A stretch of DNA of 63,607 nt, counting the filler, from Choristocarpus tenellus KU-1152 (lineage: Eukaryota; Protista; Phaeophyceae), in assembly GCA_964200185.2 (NCBI GenBank). It is 12 parts of 12 records of this genome, joined end to end, with 100 filler letters (N's around TTAATTAATTAA, not from the genome) between each part and the next. Parts side by side here need not be neighbours in the genome. Positions count along the whole stretch, not along the records: positions 31,527 to 37,368 come from CAXNAD020009621.1; positions 37,469 to 52,699 come from CAXNAD020001031.1; 10 more parts are not named here. The stretch is one strand, 5' to 3'. The position numbers and the translations under genes are program-made. The notes beneath the pieces are model-generated. The model was given only the letters and a program-made list of their open reading frames with translations. It was not told the origin of the DNA and did no database searches. Of this stretch, positions 36,260 through 50,500 are shown piece after piece. The number at the start of each line of letters is the position of its first letter. Within the stretch, counting starts at the first letter, position 1.

Positions 36260-37190
36260 ACCCCTTCAGTCTGTCCTCCACCCTGACTTCAATGAGGCAC
36301 TGGTCAGCACTAACGACATGTAGACCATCGATCGTGGACTGTATCAGTCTTTCATTGGACAGAGGGCAGTCGTTAGATCACTGGCAGCAGCCCTTGTGTT
36401 TTCTTCTTGGGAGACGGCAACCAGAGAGCAACAGACCAAGCCAAGCATGGCGTTAGGACGCTATTCCACCATGTTAAGAATATGCTTGTTATTCATGAGT
36501 AAAAGAAGATTCTGTAGGACAGATAATGAATTGTTGACCATGGTTCGATAAAGGGATAATTGCTAGGAAAGTTTCTGTTGAGTGACCATGAGAATATTAA
36601 TAGACTGGGTCAAGTGATCTTCACAGGGAGTGTCCATGATTTTTTAATGGTTAGGTTTGATCTGGTTGTCTCTCAGTGGCGTATAGTAGACATGACGATG
36701 GTGCCAACGCACTATTTGTTACACCTGAGCAGATGTTTGAGGAAGAGCTTTAATGAGGATTTGACGTTCGTGAGAACGCCCTGGAGAGAGAGAGTGATTG
36801 GAATTTGACCGGATACTTTCTCTCCGAAAAGACTAATAGATTGAGCAGGAGAGACCACAAAGGAGACTGGCCACTACCCCATCAAGAAGGTCTTCTTGCC
36901 GTTCTTGAGGAGGAATGGACAGAGGACCCTTGCCTTCTTGATTCCAACATACACAAGACCTCGAACAGGTAGTACAGCGACCTTCACAGAGGATTCAAAG
37001 GAAGAAGACTCTGCCGGCAATTCTCCACAGTTCATGGAGGTTGGAAGGAGGTGCAAGTACAAAAATACGAATTGAAGCACTTCGAGCCATCATCTCTTGA
37101 GGGAGAGGAACCAGCATACATGCCCTTTGGGTTTTATTCGGGAGGACGGCAATAAGCGAAGTGTTCAACTTAACGCCTTAGACTGCACCA
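36260..37190 (+). mobile_element. Highly degenerate gypsy-like integrase 3'/chromodomain remnant
   Basis: Frameshifted ITGSSPCVF-LLGR (TGxSPxxLLxGR-like) and a downstream KYK..FEPS-like segment. Confidence 0.35.
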
Positions 37191-38556
37191 CTAAAGAAGA
37201 AGCTTGTGTCAATATTGGGTCAAAGTATCGGGCGGGGGGTGACGGCTGTTCTTTGGGACCATTTTTTTCATGTCGCGATTTTTGGGTGATTTGGTTTTAT
37301 ACGTCGGATGGATAATGTAAGTGCACTTTTCCTGGTTATGGTCCAAATGGACACACTGGTATTGACCCNNNNNNNNNNNNNNNNNNNNNNNNNNNNNNNN
37401 NNNNNNNNNNNNTTAATTAATTAANNNNNNNNNNNNNNNNNNNNNNNNNNNNNNNNNNNNNNNNNNNNCCCCCCCAAGATACTTTGACCCTAAAGGCACT
37501 ATTCTATACCTCTATTTTACCTCACAATACAAAAATGATATTAACGGGATTCTGGCACTGTGTGTCTTCCGTCTAGTCAGACCTTTGACTAGCCAGGGTA
37601 ACCTTTAAAAAAAGATGTCCAACCTTGTGCTACCTCCCTAAGAACAAATCAATGACCAACCATTCAAGATCTCAACGCCTAAATCTACCAGACATTCGAC
37701 TCTACCGTACAACTCTTACTGCTAGTGGACAGTACCTCAACCTTTGAAATATCCTATGAGAGTAAACTACCACATTGGTAATCTAATTCATGATTTGATC
37801 ACTGTTTCAGGTGCCAAAATAAAACAGTTTCGAACTCCTCCTGCTACTTTCTACACCAGTCAATACCATTGCTACTTACTGTGAAACATAACTGAATTAA
37901 TATCAGTATAACATGCTTGTCACAATCCTCTACCCATGACAAAATGTTTGGTCCCTGATTATATCATGCTAAACATTATCCATGTAGTGATACAATATAT
38001 AATTTGATGCTATGCGAGTCAGCATTTGCCACTCTGGTGAACTAGTTGGGAGCCTTTAACAATTAAACTAAGAAACGAAAATAATCTGGTAGGAATACAC
38101 CAATGTGGTCGTAGTCCCTATGTATCATGCTCCTCAAACCGTCAAGATCACTAAAAAACATTTCAATCCTACCCACCTAATCTTGTGATTATGCAAGACA
38201 AGGATTACTGGTGATCTGCTACTTTAGTACTATGTTTTTCCTCTGAACGAGTTTTGTCGGAGGGCATTCTGCTAGGTGTATATATTTGTGAGTGTGTATC
38301 TGTTCCCCTCTTACATTACTGTGTACTAGTACTCTGTACTCAGTATTATATAATACATGATTTTAGACAACATGGATTTCTCAGCAAGCAGGTAGCAAAA
38401 ATACCAACCCCACTTCCCCCTTGCTCCCCTTCCCCACTTTACCCAATGCAATTTGTTTTATGCTACCTGCGCCCTTATTGTCTCCTGGAATTACGATGTC
38501 CGGTGTGTGCCACATTTAATAGTCACAGCCACAAACTGCCACATTCAACCTAATAG

Positions 38557-41500
38557 CATCTGTGGTGGGCGGAGGCGTGCTATCCATTCCGTATACCTTC
38601 AGGTAGGACAGTTAATTGTTTGCAATTAGTCACTTATATTTGTATATGCCTTTGCACTTGAGTCACATAGGTCTATGTAGCTATGTCTTTCTTTATGCCT
38701 TCATGTTGGTATATTTTGTGATTATCACATGGGAGGTGAAAAGGATATTGTGTGAACAGTATCGCTTCAAGGTTTGCAACACCTACGATATGAATGGGAG
38801 TCCTTATACAATCAACGACACATACTGTAACCATGCCACTGCTGATTGCTGACCGCCATATTTTATCGTCGTCATTGGTCGCCGATTTTGCCCAATTTTC
38901 TGCTGTCTGCTGATCAATACCTTCTCTGCATATACTACTATATTTGTGGACAAGAATTTCTATCTAGTGGAAAATGTTGTGTTAACCTGTGACTGTGTCA
39001 TTTGGATTGGATACTGCATTAAGAGTGAAAGTATCTTAGAGGGTACGAGTTTTTCCCTTTTTGTCCGTTAGGGGCTTGGCTACCCTCGGGGTTTTAGTAA
39101 CATTTTACCTACTCCAAAATGTTTCGGAGTAGCAAAATGTATACGTTATGAAAAGATGTGTCCGGAATACGGATATTGACATCTCCTAACAAACATGATA
39201 GCCAAAAATTAACAAAATTGCAGCATTGGATTTTGTCCCCCAAATGGACAAGGCTTTACCCTCTAAGATACTTTGATTCTAACATGTATGTGGGTGCAGG
39301 TGTGGATTAGCTGGTATTGATGTTTCATACCTCAATGCAACTCTCAACACGAAGTTGTTCCTGAATGTCCGGTCACTTCCTCTATAGCATCTGCCATTTG
39401 ATTTATGTGAAATATGTGCTTGGCCTGACAGGAAATTATATTGTTAGAGTGTTATGTTTTCTTGGGTCTCTAGTGTTTGGGATTTAGGTTTGATCTGTTC
39501 AGTGTGTGTTGATGTGCGTATCACCCAACAAATAGTTGAAATTCTACTCGGAATGCTTTTGAAACACTAATTGATATAACACGGTAAGAAATGATTGAAC
39601 GCAGGCATGCATGCATAATTCGTTCTAAGCATGTATTCCGAATTTGTACCTTAACATTGGTGTGTGTTCTGGGTATGGTCCTATTTGAAATCCGAAACAT
39701 ATGTCGCATTGTTTTTTTTACTACCATAAAGAAACAACTTTTGTACGAACACCTCTAACCTTTCCTACTCAACTACTAATCCAAACACAAGACTTCATAA
39801 CTTCGCAATTAGACAAGTTGACCGATCAATAGTGCTATGAATCGAAAGAAGTTCTTACTATATCATGAACTGGCTCAAAGAATGAATCAACTCAACTGAA
39901 TCATTATGATTTGCAACTCTCTCAATTGTGGTGAAGAGTAGTGTTCATAGAGCAAGATCAGTATAGAAGAAGAAATTGTTAGTTTATTTTTAATATTTCC
40001 TCAACCCTGTGTGTCTGCATTAAGGTTATTCAGGAGTAAAACCCCTTGATCGCTGTGCTGGTTTGTTATTTATCCAACCGACAAAAAAGTTTGACAGGAA
40101 TACTGCTTGGTATCGTCCTCCTGATAGTGGCAGCGATTGCAGGGGACTTCTCGTTATATGTCCTTTGTTCATGCTCTAGAAGAACAGGGAAGACCAGCTA
40201 TGTTCAGGTAGGTGTGCGTACAGGTGGGGGAGGAGAGGGGTTTGGTATGTTGCAAAATCTTGAACAGAAAAAAGATCAAAAACGCGCCTCCTCCAAAAAG
40301 CGTTTGCTTCGAAAGATTTCCTTGTCGAAAAGTACTATAGGTTAGTCGAACTTGCTAAAACAAGATTCGACACAAATTGATCAACCTTTTTGGTATGATA
40401 CAGGAGATTCTCTTATGGAATGCAGACAATACCCTACTCGCAGCAAAAATGTATAATGCTATGCAGTGGTGGTACTAATTATTCACAATACCACAACTTT
40501 ATAACATTTTGATATTGTGTCATCGTTAGGTTGATAATGTTTTAAGATCATACTCTGTATGATTATTTTAATCGGTGGTGAGAAAGGCGGAACTGGTAGA
40601 GCTGTACCAATTTGAATACACAGTTCCTGTTGGGGTAACTATGACCTTCCTCCTGCCTTTTTATACTCACTGACAGAATCTATCTGTGGAATGTGCTTGG
40701 TCATAGATGAACATCATTCTCAACAAATACATACACTCTATCTGTACACCCCCTTCTCCATATTCGGTAGAGACTTCCCCCCCCCATTACTATGCCTTTT
40801 GTTTGTCAACAACAAGCAAACCTCAACACTTCAACATGAAGTTGACCATCCACGAGCGATGCAGAGAGTGACGTCCCCGTGTCAGCCTCACAAGATGAGA
40901 AATATAAGCGAATGCAGTTTGGTGCTATAACTAAGGGTTAGGGTTATTATAAACGAGAAGTACCAGCAATGCACATTAAGAAATCTTACAAAAATTGATG
41001 AAACGTTTGATTATTTGTACAAATGTGTCAAGAGGATTTTTCTGAATCCTGTCGAAATTTCTCAAACCATAGAGAAATCTTTGCAAAAGAGAGCTACTCA
41101 AGTAGAGTATTTTGCTTTATGTGGTATGGATGTGTTTATTAGCGGAGTGAGCACAGCCCTCGGTGGTGGGGGGGTGCTTCTCTCTTATTTTCTTGTTGTT
41201 TATTGCATATGTCAGCTGACACATCAGCTGACATATCAAAACGCGTCCTGCCGTTACATCGTACTATGTCACTTATCCTGTGTAGCTAGTACTATGTCAG
41301 TAATCCTCCATCAGTCCATTTATATCAAGTAATAAGAAATCAATAATCTGATATTCGAACCTATTACTCTAAGCACACGACAACAAGTCAATGTCAATTA
41401 GCACTTCATCCATAGAAATAAAAGGGTGAATTGCAAAAGATTTCAGAAGTGGCTTAAATTGAAAAACGCCAAAACCTGGTACTACTAATACATGTTGTTT

Positions 41501-44500
41501 ACTTGGTATCATGATGCACGTGTGTAACATAGGAGGCATAGATTCAGAAGTATGTTCTTGTATCTGATCATAAGTAGAAAATGGTAAAGAAAGGAGGAAG
41601 GAAGCGGAAAGGAGGCATGAGGGAGTAACGTCTATTTAAAAAATGAGACGAAGAGAAACTGCAAGTTCTGTGAAGGGTTGCATGGCATATGTGTGCAGTG
41701 TTCTAAAATCGGCTTCGTACTTAAATTAGATGATGGTACATGATGGTACAAAATTATATTGAACTGTTGTGATGATGTCTTTTTTTGGGAGTACTTGGCT
41801 TGTATACAGCGAGTGTTCGCGAATGACAGCAGTAAATATGAGAAAATAATACAGAGAGGTATAATCTCCGTAACCTCCGAAGAAACTACTGCAGCAGGAT
41901 GCAGATATATTTGTAAATAAAAAACATTAGTAGCTATCGCTATATGCGGAGTGGTGGATATTTGTATCTATCTTCAGACACTCCTCTCCTTCCCTTCCAC
42001 CAGTACTCCAACCCTTTTTGCTAAACGTTATTGAGGGGATGGTTGACTCAGAATGTGACCTGTTTTGATGCCGTGTGGAAGGGTCCTGGCCAGTATTATC
42101 TCTGTTACAACGTGGAATTCCCTGTTGGTCACTTTCAAGGCCAAACTTAAGCACAAACTCCCACTGCTTCTTCCCATTGGGGCTGCTGGGAACAAGTGTG
42201 GACTAAATGGTAGATCTTCCCTTCCTCTTTTGCCCCTGGGGTAGCTCCCCCCTGTTACTCACTCACATCATCGTGCCATGCAATACCCCATCCTGGCCGC
42301 AGAAACCTGACAGTAGCCCATTATGGTTATTGCAAGTGAGATGTAAGATTTTAAAACAGGACTATTGCTCGACAGTATTGTCTCAAGAGGTTTGTCCAAG
42401 TGTATGTAACCATCTTGAGACAAACGTAACTCTTGTCAGCGAAGTGAAGAAATCAATCGAAACACTAGGTGGTGGTATGACCAAGGACACGAGAAAAGTT
42501 GGGAGGGGACACAGCTAGGCCTATCAAAAACTATTTTTTTTAGCTGTCATTAATACTAGTTAGTTGTTGCACTTCTTCTGGAAGGAAAGAAAGAAAGAGA
42601 AGCTTCACCACACATCCGTGTAAGGCACAGATGTATGCGAGCACAGCAACACAAAGTCACACTCCCACCTTTGTCGATTGTCTCTCACACGTCAAACCAC
42701 TAACGGTTTTCATGCGTTGGAAGCTTCGACGGGAGAAAGTCTTGACCCCCATGCACCCTCATAAGTCTCGACCTATAATAACAAACTTGAGTGATGGGAA
42801 GTAAGCGAAAAAGTGGTTTCCTTGATATGATTGCCTACACAAACCGCTTTCTGCCAGCTTGTGCCAGGGTGAACACCATTTTGCACATTTACAGATTCTA
42901 TGGTTTCACTTTTTGTGGAGAAGGGAGAAGATCCATTTTGCCTACATTGTTGTGCAGGTGGGGGAATTAAGAGGGTATATTGCACAGGTATTGCACGGGA
43001 ATTAAGAAGATGGCTTAGAATACAAAGGTTCCAAAACCTGGCTACCTCTAATTCGCTTGGTTCATCATTACCAGTTACCCTATTTCAGTGACAACCTGTT
43101 GAAGCATTATCAACTACTGGGTTGACGGCTGTTACAAAGCTAGGTGTGATTGAGAAGTTGGTTGCTCAAGGGCGTCATTTTTTTTACCTGTACGAGCGAC
43201 AACTTGTTTAGTTGTGAACTCCTGGGTTGGATTTCACGGAGATAGTGGAAAGATGTGGATAGGGTGTTGGTTTCCTGTTTCTTTTATTTCAAAAGTACAG
43301 TTTTCCTGTTTGAGTGACAACATATCAAGGAAAGGTTTGTTCACTGCTGGTTAGGATGCCAATGAACTAAGACAATCTACATTCCTCGTCCTTAACCAGA
43401 CGCAGTATACATTGTCTCCCTTCTCCATCTGTCTTAGAGAACTTGGTAGTTATGATGCCTTTGGCAGAAAGAATATTTACTACAAAGGGTTGCTAGAGCG
43501 ACATTCTGTACTTGTATGTCCAGGAGTAGGTTTGAAACATGTTGAATGTGGTTGCCAGGATTGAGATAACCGACTCATGATCATGCAACTTGCCACATAT
43601 ATATATCAAATTTTTGAGTATGTGCTGACAGGCATTATGGTCTAGAGTCTTCAGAAGGACTCCTTATTCCTCTCCAATTTCGCCCAGGACCTCAGAACCG
43701 ATTCCTGCGTTAGTGTACTGCAAAGGAGCCTGCCTGTTGCGGGGATTGTCCGTTGTCTCTCTTTCTTGCTCAAGTGAGCCTTCCATGAGGTGCCCATTGA
43801 CTAAATTAGAGTTGTCAGGATTAGGGATGTACCAGTTGGGGTTGGTGTAGGTTAAGTGTTGTTGTCTGGAGAAGGTTGGGCATTGTTTTCGCATCCTCTG
43901 TCTTGTCCTTATCTTAGGCTGCACCTCTGTTTGAGGCCTCTATGATAAGGATATCTCACTTGTGGAGCCCCCCTTCTACCTTCGGCATGATGATACCAAT
44001 GAACGAGGCTGCATTCTATCAGCTCATGAGAGTGAGAAATCCCACTACTCTGTGTAAGAGGAAGTGAAACTTCACAAACAAAATAGTTTCTCAGAGATCA
44101 GCAATCCTATGGAGATGAAAAGTGATCTAGAATTTGGAGTCGTTGGCTGGATGTCACATGATTGGACTCTCGAGGACAAGTGTTTCGAAGATCCTCAGAG
44201 CATTTCAGAACATCTCCAAGGTTGGTGATGCTCTGAAAGACATCGATAACAAAGGAATGTGCTCCGAATACACTTGCATGTACGCGCACAGAAATAGATC
44301 TGACATCAGCTCCTAACATGATGACATATCTCTCACATGTTCATTTCCTCCCCTATCTTCTCGTCCTCTCTCTGTCCCTACGAAATCGAAGAGAAGAAGA
44401 TAATACTCTGAATAGACAAAGGTGTTCTCAGTTACATCAATGTACAAATTTTCAACCCTGAGCCGTCTTTTCCTCCCCCCCACTATTTTTCCAATACTTT

Positions 44501-47500
44501 TTGTGCAGGTTGGATATGCTGCGTTTGGCAAGTGGGGGGCTAGATTATCTACATTTGTTATGCTGGTACTGACAGTGTTTGTGCTGATTGCATACATGGT
44601 TTTGGCCAAAGACATATGGTCTGGTTTGGTGGCGTATGCACTAGAGATGGAGCTGGATGAAAGGGAGTCAAACCAGGTACTTTAATGATTTGTTAATTGT
44701 ACTGGCATATTTTAACTACTCAGACGCAGCGAAAATAACAGCGTAAATTGTGTACTGGGAGTTGCTCGGTCGACCAGTAGATGATTGACTAGGATTGAAT
44801 GGAAATTGTTGAACTTCTATTGATGGGGTGTGGACTATGTCCGCACGTTTACAACAGATTGTGTCAGTAACAGCTCAATAAATGGTAATCTCGAATTGTG
44901 AAATATGTCATGCCCACTGAGTAGTCATTTGAGCAGTAGGTCACTCTTGGGATTCTTCCCTCCTCGAGGGCCCTGTGGGTCGACTTTTCCATGGTGCCGA
45001 TCATCCCGTAGGTACACACCATGTACGGGGACAGGAGAAGTGTTACATAAATGAAAAGTATCAAAACGTAAGAAAGTGTTGTGAATCAGAGGTAGGAGTT
45101 GTTAGAGCGTATATCTTGGAGTTGCAGTGGACCAATAATCATTCGCATAAGTTTAGTAAGCCTTTTCTCTGTCTTTTTTCCGCTGACAACACTTGCAAAC
45201 AGTCACTATTTACATAATCGATCGATGTGAATTTTCGAATATTTTTTGTGTATTTTCTGATCGCTGGTTGGTTATGAAGACGGAACATACACACATATAT
45301 ATATATTTTTCAGGCATCAAAGAAATGTGTGTTAAGTATGACTTGCTGTTGCTGTTGCATTTCTACCTACATTGCAATGAGCGTAGTATTACAAAAACGT
45401 CAGTTTTGAAATGATTGAAGAATCCTAGAAGGAGCCTCATGGCCCACCAGTCTGTGGCCTTAAAATATTTGCATGGTGGGCGGGTTCCAGTCATAAGTAA
45501 GATGTATAGTACTGCACTAAAAATGGGTGCTAGTGAGGTACATGGCTTGTACTCTGTACTGCCCAATATTTCCTTCATGCTATAACATGATGCACACTCA
45601 GCACTTCTCAACTTAGGTAAGCTGTGAACCCATCCGGAAGGATTAGGGTAGGAGACCCAAACGACCAACCAAGCAACATGGAAGCCTCGGTACCAAAGAG
45701 AGGGAGGTTCTTTGTTTCATAGTCGGGGAAAACACAATGTGAAAAGGTTGACCTATCCAGCCAAGTTGTATCTACTCGGCACATGTTTCTTTGGTCCTAG
45801 TGGTTGAGATCCAGTCGAAAACTACGGTATACATGTGTTTCAAAGTGGACTAGAGCGCCATCACTGACACAGTTGACTATAGGCACACCATCACAGCCGC
45901 CTTCTTAATGCGTTGGAAATATTGTATGAATTAATTAAAGGATTGCTGTATAGTTCTAGAGTTAAGCTGTTTTTGCTCAATCTCTAAGACATGATGTGGT
46001 AAGTGTGATAGTGTTTGTCTACACACATTCAAGCCATAGATAGGTAGAGGTATGCCATGACACAGAGATGATTTCTTTTTTGTCCAACTAGTTTGAAGTC
46101 GAACATTTGCACCAACATGTAAGTGCTTTTGCCAACACATTTGAGTCATTGGAACTATTTAATTGGGTAAACACGCTTGGTTTTGATTAAATGATTACTT
46201 GATTGAGTCATGGTCAATATTGTTATCAAAATTAAGAAAATTGAATATAACTTGAATTTTGATTGCTTCATTGCTCTGATAATGAATCAATATCCCTGCT
46301 ATCTTCTCTACCTCATTGTCCTTACCATCACTATTTATTGTTTTATTGGTTGAAATAAGCAAGGGGTCGGTGAATGATTGGTTGATGTTTTTGCGGGCTA
46401 GGAAATGTTGGAGCTCCAGTTGGCGGTAAAATCCACTGTATAGTTCGTCATCAACACCAGTGCTTTCTAGCACACCAAGTATGAAATTCAAGGTGACAAA
46501 GAACAGCATGGTGTAAGAAGCCTTGTTTGTCGCCATGCAGTGTCTCCGCCATTTCATTAGTGACTTTTGATGTAAATATCAACAAACCCCACATCCCAAA
46601 GCTGGAACGTTACCGTGCAGCTAGATTTTTCGATAGTGGCGAACAATTACTGACTATCAGAGTTCCCCCCCGCCTGTGAAACCTTGCCGTAACCAATTTC
46701 ATACAACATTCTTTTGCCCTGGTTTTCTGGGTCACAGGTCCTGTTCTTCCTGCTGATCATTTGCTTGCCGGGCTGTATGGCCACCAACCTCCACAGTCTG
46801 CGTTACATGTCCTACATTGGATTTTTTTCGGCCATTCTCCTCACTGCAGCGGTGAGACAAGGTTTCGTCCAGTATGCTGTTTCTTGTATTATATAATTGC
46901 TATGAGAAAAAAGGTGTACCTTTTTTCTCATGAGTACCTTCCAAAAGTTTTTGTGTGGATAGCAAAACGTTATTTTCTTTTGTCAAGTCGTCTCCAGGTA
47001 CTCTCCAACGAAAAGTTCTGATCTCCCTGCAAAGATTGAATAGAGCAAAGTTGCAAATGGAAGCACTTTTTTGGCGCTTGCCTGGATTAAGACGTTGTTG
47101 GATTACAGGACTGGATTAAGGACCAATTGAAAGTAGTGGTAAATCGTGGACAAATTTTCTCCAAATGATTGGAAAAGGGAACAATCATCCGTCGTGTTCA
47201 GCATAATAATCCTCATACTCAATGCAATATTAGATCATTGCGTTTGATTTCGTGCTTCCTTTTATTTGTATGCTCGTAACCTACAAAAGTATAATATCTC
47301 GACTCAAAGTAAGCGTATGATGGTAAGTTTTCATACTTGAGAGGGCCATCCACAAATGATCAATAGATGAGATTAATGTGTTACGTAGAGTACGGCTTTC
47401 GCAATCGAGAAGTATCTTCGAAATTGAAGATAGAGGGGGTAAGTACTCGAGCATGCAGGGCACTGCTTTGCAGGGGCTATGTACAGGTAATTGGTGATGG

Positions 47501-50500
47501 ATTAAAAGTGATTAATGAAGTGGAACGTCTGGCGAGTAAGGAGACTGTATGAAATGTATCACTAGAGGTTGTCCTGGTGGATAGTTGTAACTGTCCTCAG
47601 AAGAACAAAACACAGAAATCCTAAGCCTGAACCAGTGTGAGGAAAACGCAACTGACTGCCGATAAATTTCTACACATATTTTTTTGTCCATATTTTTTCC
47701 TTGGTATTAAGCCATCATGCCAACTTACCTACTTTCCCAGCAGACAGTCAGGGGTATCGTTTTTTTTTGTGAGGTTCACTAGATAGATTGGTGTGTCGAG
47801 AACGTGCATGCCAGAATGCAAGTGGCACTCCATTTCCTATAAAAAGGAGTTGGTTTGGTTGGGCAATTTGATTAGCTTTTGCTCTGCTTTTGCATAACTT
47901 GGATGCGCACAGAAACTTTCAGTGTATTGCTTACTCAGTTAGATCCAAAGGTGTAGTCAACGTTCGAAACAGTAAGCGCCAAATGAAACCACGAAGAAAT
48001 TTCAGAAGAGCTTGAAACGTGTATATTATTCCTGAGAAAATATCCATCAACATTGATCAATCAATGCAAAACCACCCCCCTCGATTTTCGATGTAGATTT
48101 TTTTCGATTTTCTTTTGTATCGATCAAATCGCTACAATTCACAATAGCATGGATGGTGATCTCAAGTTCTAGGGCACCCTACGAAGTTTGTGATGTTGTT
48201 GTAGTTGTCACATGAGTTCCTTCCAGGCATTTTAGGGGGGGTGCATGGACTGCACAGCTATCCCATGTCTGGTGTTGTGCGGGTCAGGCCTGTTGGATCA
48301 ATACCTCGGGTCTGAGAGGACTACACAGAGTTTGTATAGCATGGTCCACTTGACCATGTTGAGTGCCTGAGAGGACACCACAACCATAGTGTTTGTCAGG
48401 TATTTGGGGCCGGGTAATATATTACCTGGAACCAAACCAGCAAGTCAGGGATATAGAGATTCTGGGAATTGCCCTATAACCATGTAACCGAACTTTTTAA
48501 GGCTCTCATAAAATTATTGCTGTGAAAACAAAACGTACACAGATTGGGTATCGTTCAGTGGAGAAAAATAATCAAGAGCCTCAAGCGAGGGCTGAGATCA
48601 AGCTGGTTGCAGACAACTGGGGTGATGTTATGGAGGCATTTCCCATCCTGTCCCTAGCCTACTTATGCCACTTCAACATGCTCTCGGTGAGTGGTTTAAA
48701 AAATATATGCAACAGATCTTTTATTTTTTGGGTGGCCAGTCACCAATCCAGACTCAAAGTATCTGGGGGGGGATGGCGGCTGTCACCGTTTTTCCATGTC
48801 GCAATTTTTGGGTGATTTGGTTGCATGCGTTGGATGGATAATGTAAGTGCACTTTTCCTGTTAAGGGTCCAAATGGACCCTGGTGTAGACTCCTCCCCCC
48901 CGCCCCCAGACACTTTGAGCCTCAAGAAGTTACCGCTTTTTTTCGGATTTAGAAACCGGCAGTCGCATGATGGTACAGTATTTACCGCAAAGGTCGCAAG
49001 TAATTCAACATGTACCTTCCAGAATTTCTTAGCTTGTCATTCCGCCAACAAAAACCGAAACTAATAATGACACATCTGGAAGTTGTCAGAGGGTATAATA
49101 ATAAAATAATATATTTTATTGCACTACACAAGAACAAAATCAAGGTCAGATCGTACGGAGTACAACTGTGTCATACATAAGATTTTGGTTTCTTATTACT
49201 GATTTCAGTATAGGAAAGCCTCTCGACCTTCTTGGTGGAAAACTTAAGGCGTCCTGGGACATAGGTAGGGCAATTCCTGGATGGGCTGGCTACTCATGTA
49301 GAGGGTGGTATGTGAGCTAAGTAGGGGTTCAACTGGAAGAGAGCAGTGAAGGGACTCCTATGGCAGATTGGTCACAGCACAAGTCATGATCTCTAAGGCG
49401 TTTCATGCAGTTCAAGCTGGAGGCTCAAAGTATCTGGGGGGCGGGCGGTGACTGTCCATTTGGGGTCAATTTTTTTATATCGCGATTTTTGTGTGATTTG
49501 GTTGCATACATCGGATGGATAATGTAAATGCACTTTTCCTGATTTTGACTCAAATGGACACCCTGGTGTAGACCCCCCCCCTCCCCCAGATACTTTGGGT
49601 CTGGAGACACCACGTCAATGGATAAGACGGGACTTGAGTGGTGATTCATGGAACTCTTCCCATGGTGCTAGATCACCTTCGTAGCACCAGTTTGGAAGCA
49701 GTTTCAGCTAGAGTTGTCTTGGTATGTTTCTATTTTTCTTGTTTTCAATCACACTACAGCTAACTCTTGGTGGTGTATCCAAAGGATTTTCTTGTTCGAA
49801 TTCCCGTTTTGAAGGTGAAGTAAACGAGAGGTATCCAGGTCTGGGCCATTTTGCGTTTTAGATACTTTTTCAATCTTTTGCCATTTGCCCATATTTCTAT
49901 GGGTGAAGCATGAAGTTTGACTTGAGAGCATTGATTTCTCCACCGTTTGAAACCTTTTTCGACACCATGCGTAAAACATCCTATACGTTTTTTTTTTCTA
50001 GATTTCAAAAAGAAGACGCCCTCAAACAATGGTCTCTTTTCATATGACTTTAGTAAACAAATGACTATTGAGTCAAAGTATATGAGAGGGTAGAGCTGCG
50101 TCCATTCGGAGATCAAAATCCAATGTTGTGATTTTGATTTAATTTTTGCTATCGTGTTTTTTAAGATTTGTCGATATCCTTATTCTGGACACACCTTTTA
50201 ATATCATACACATTTTACCTACTCCGAAACATTTTGGGGTAGGAAAATGTTACAAAAAAACCGTGGAAAGCCAAGCCACAAATGGACAAATATGGGAAAA
50301 CTCGTACCCTCTAAGATACTTTACCCTATTTTCGTCGTTCATTCTTGTGATGAGATGCAGCAACATACTATTTTAACTGCATAAGGCTTTGTGGACGTTA
50401 GAGGATGTAGTTTGAGGTTCACATCTTTTGTTGTTGTTGCAGATTTCTGCATGGTGGTCATGGTGTTCAACTCCATCTAGATCCATATTGGGTGGGGAGT

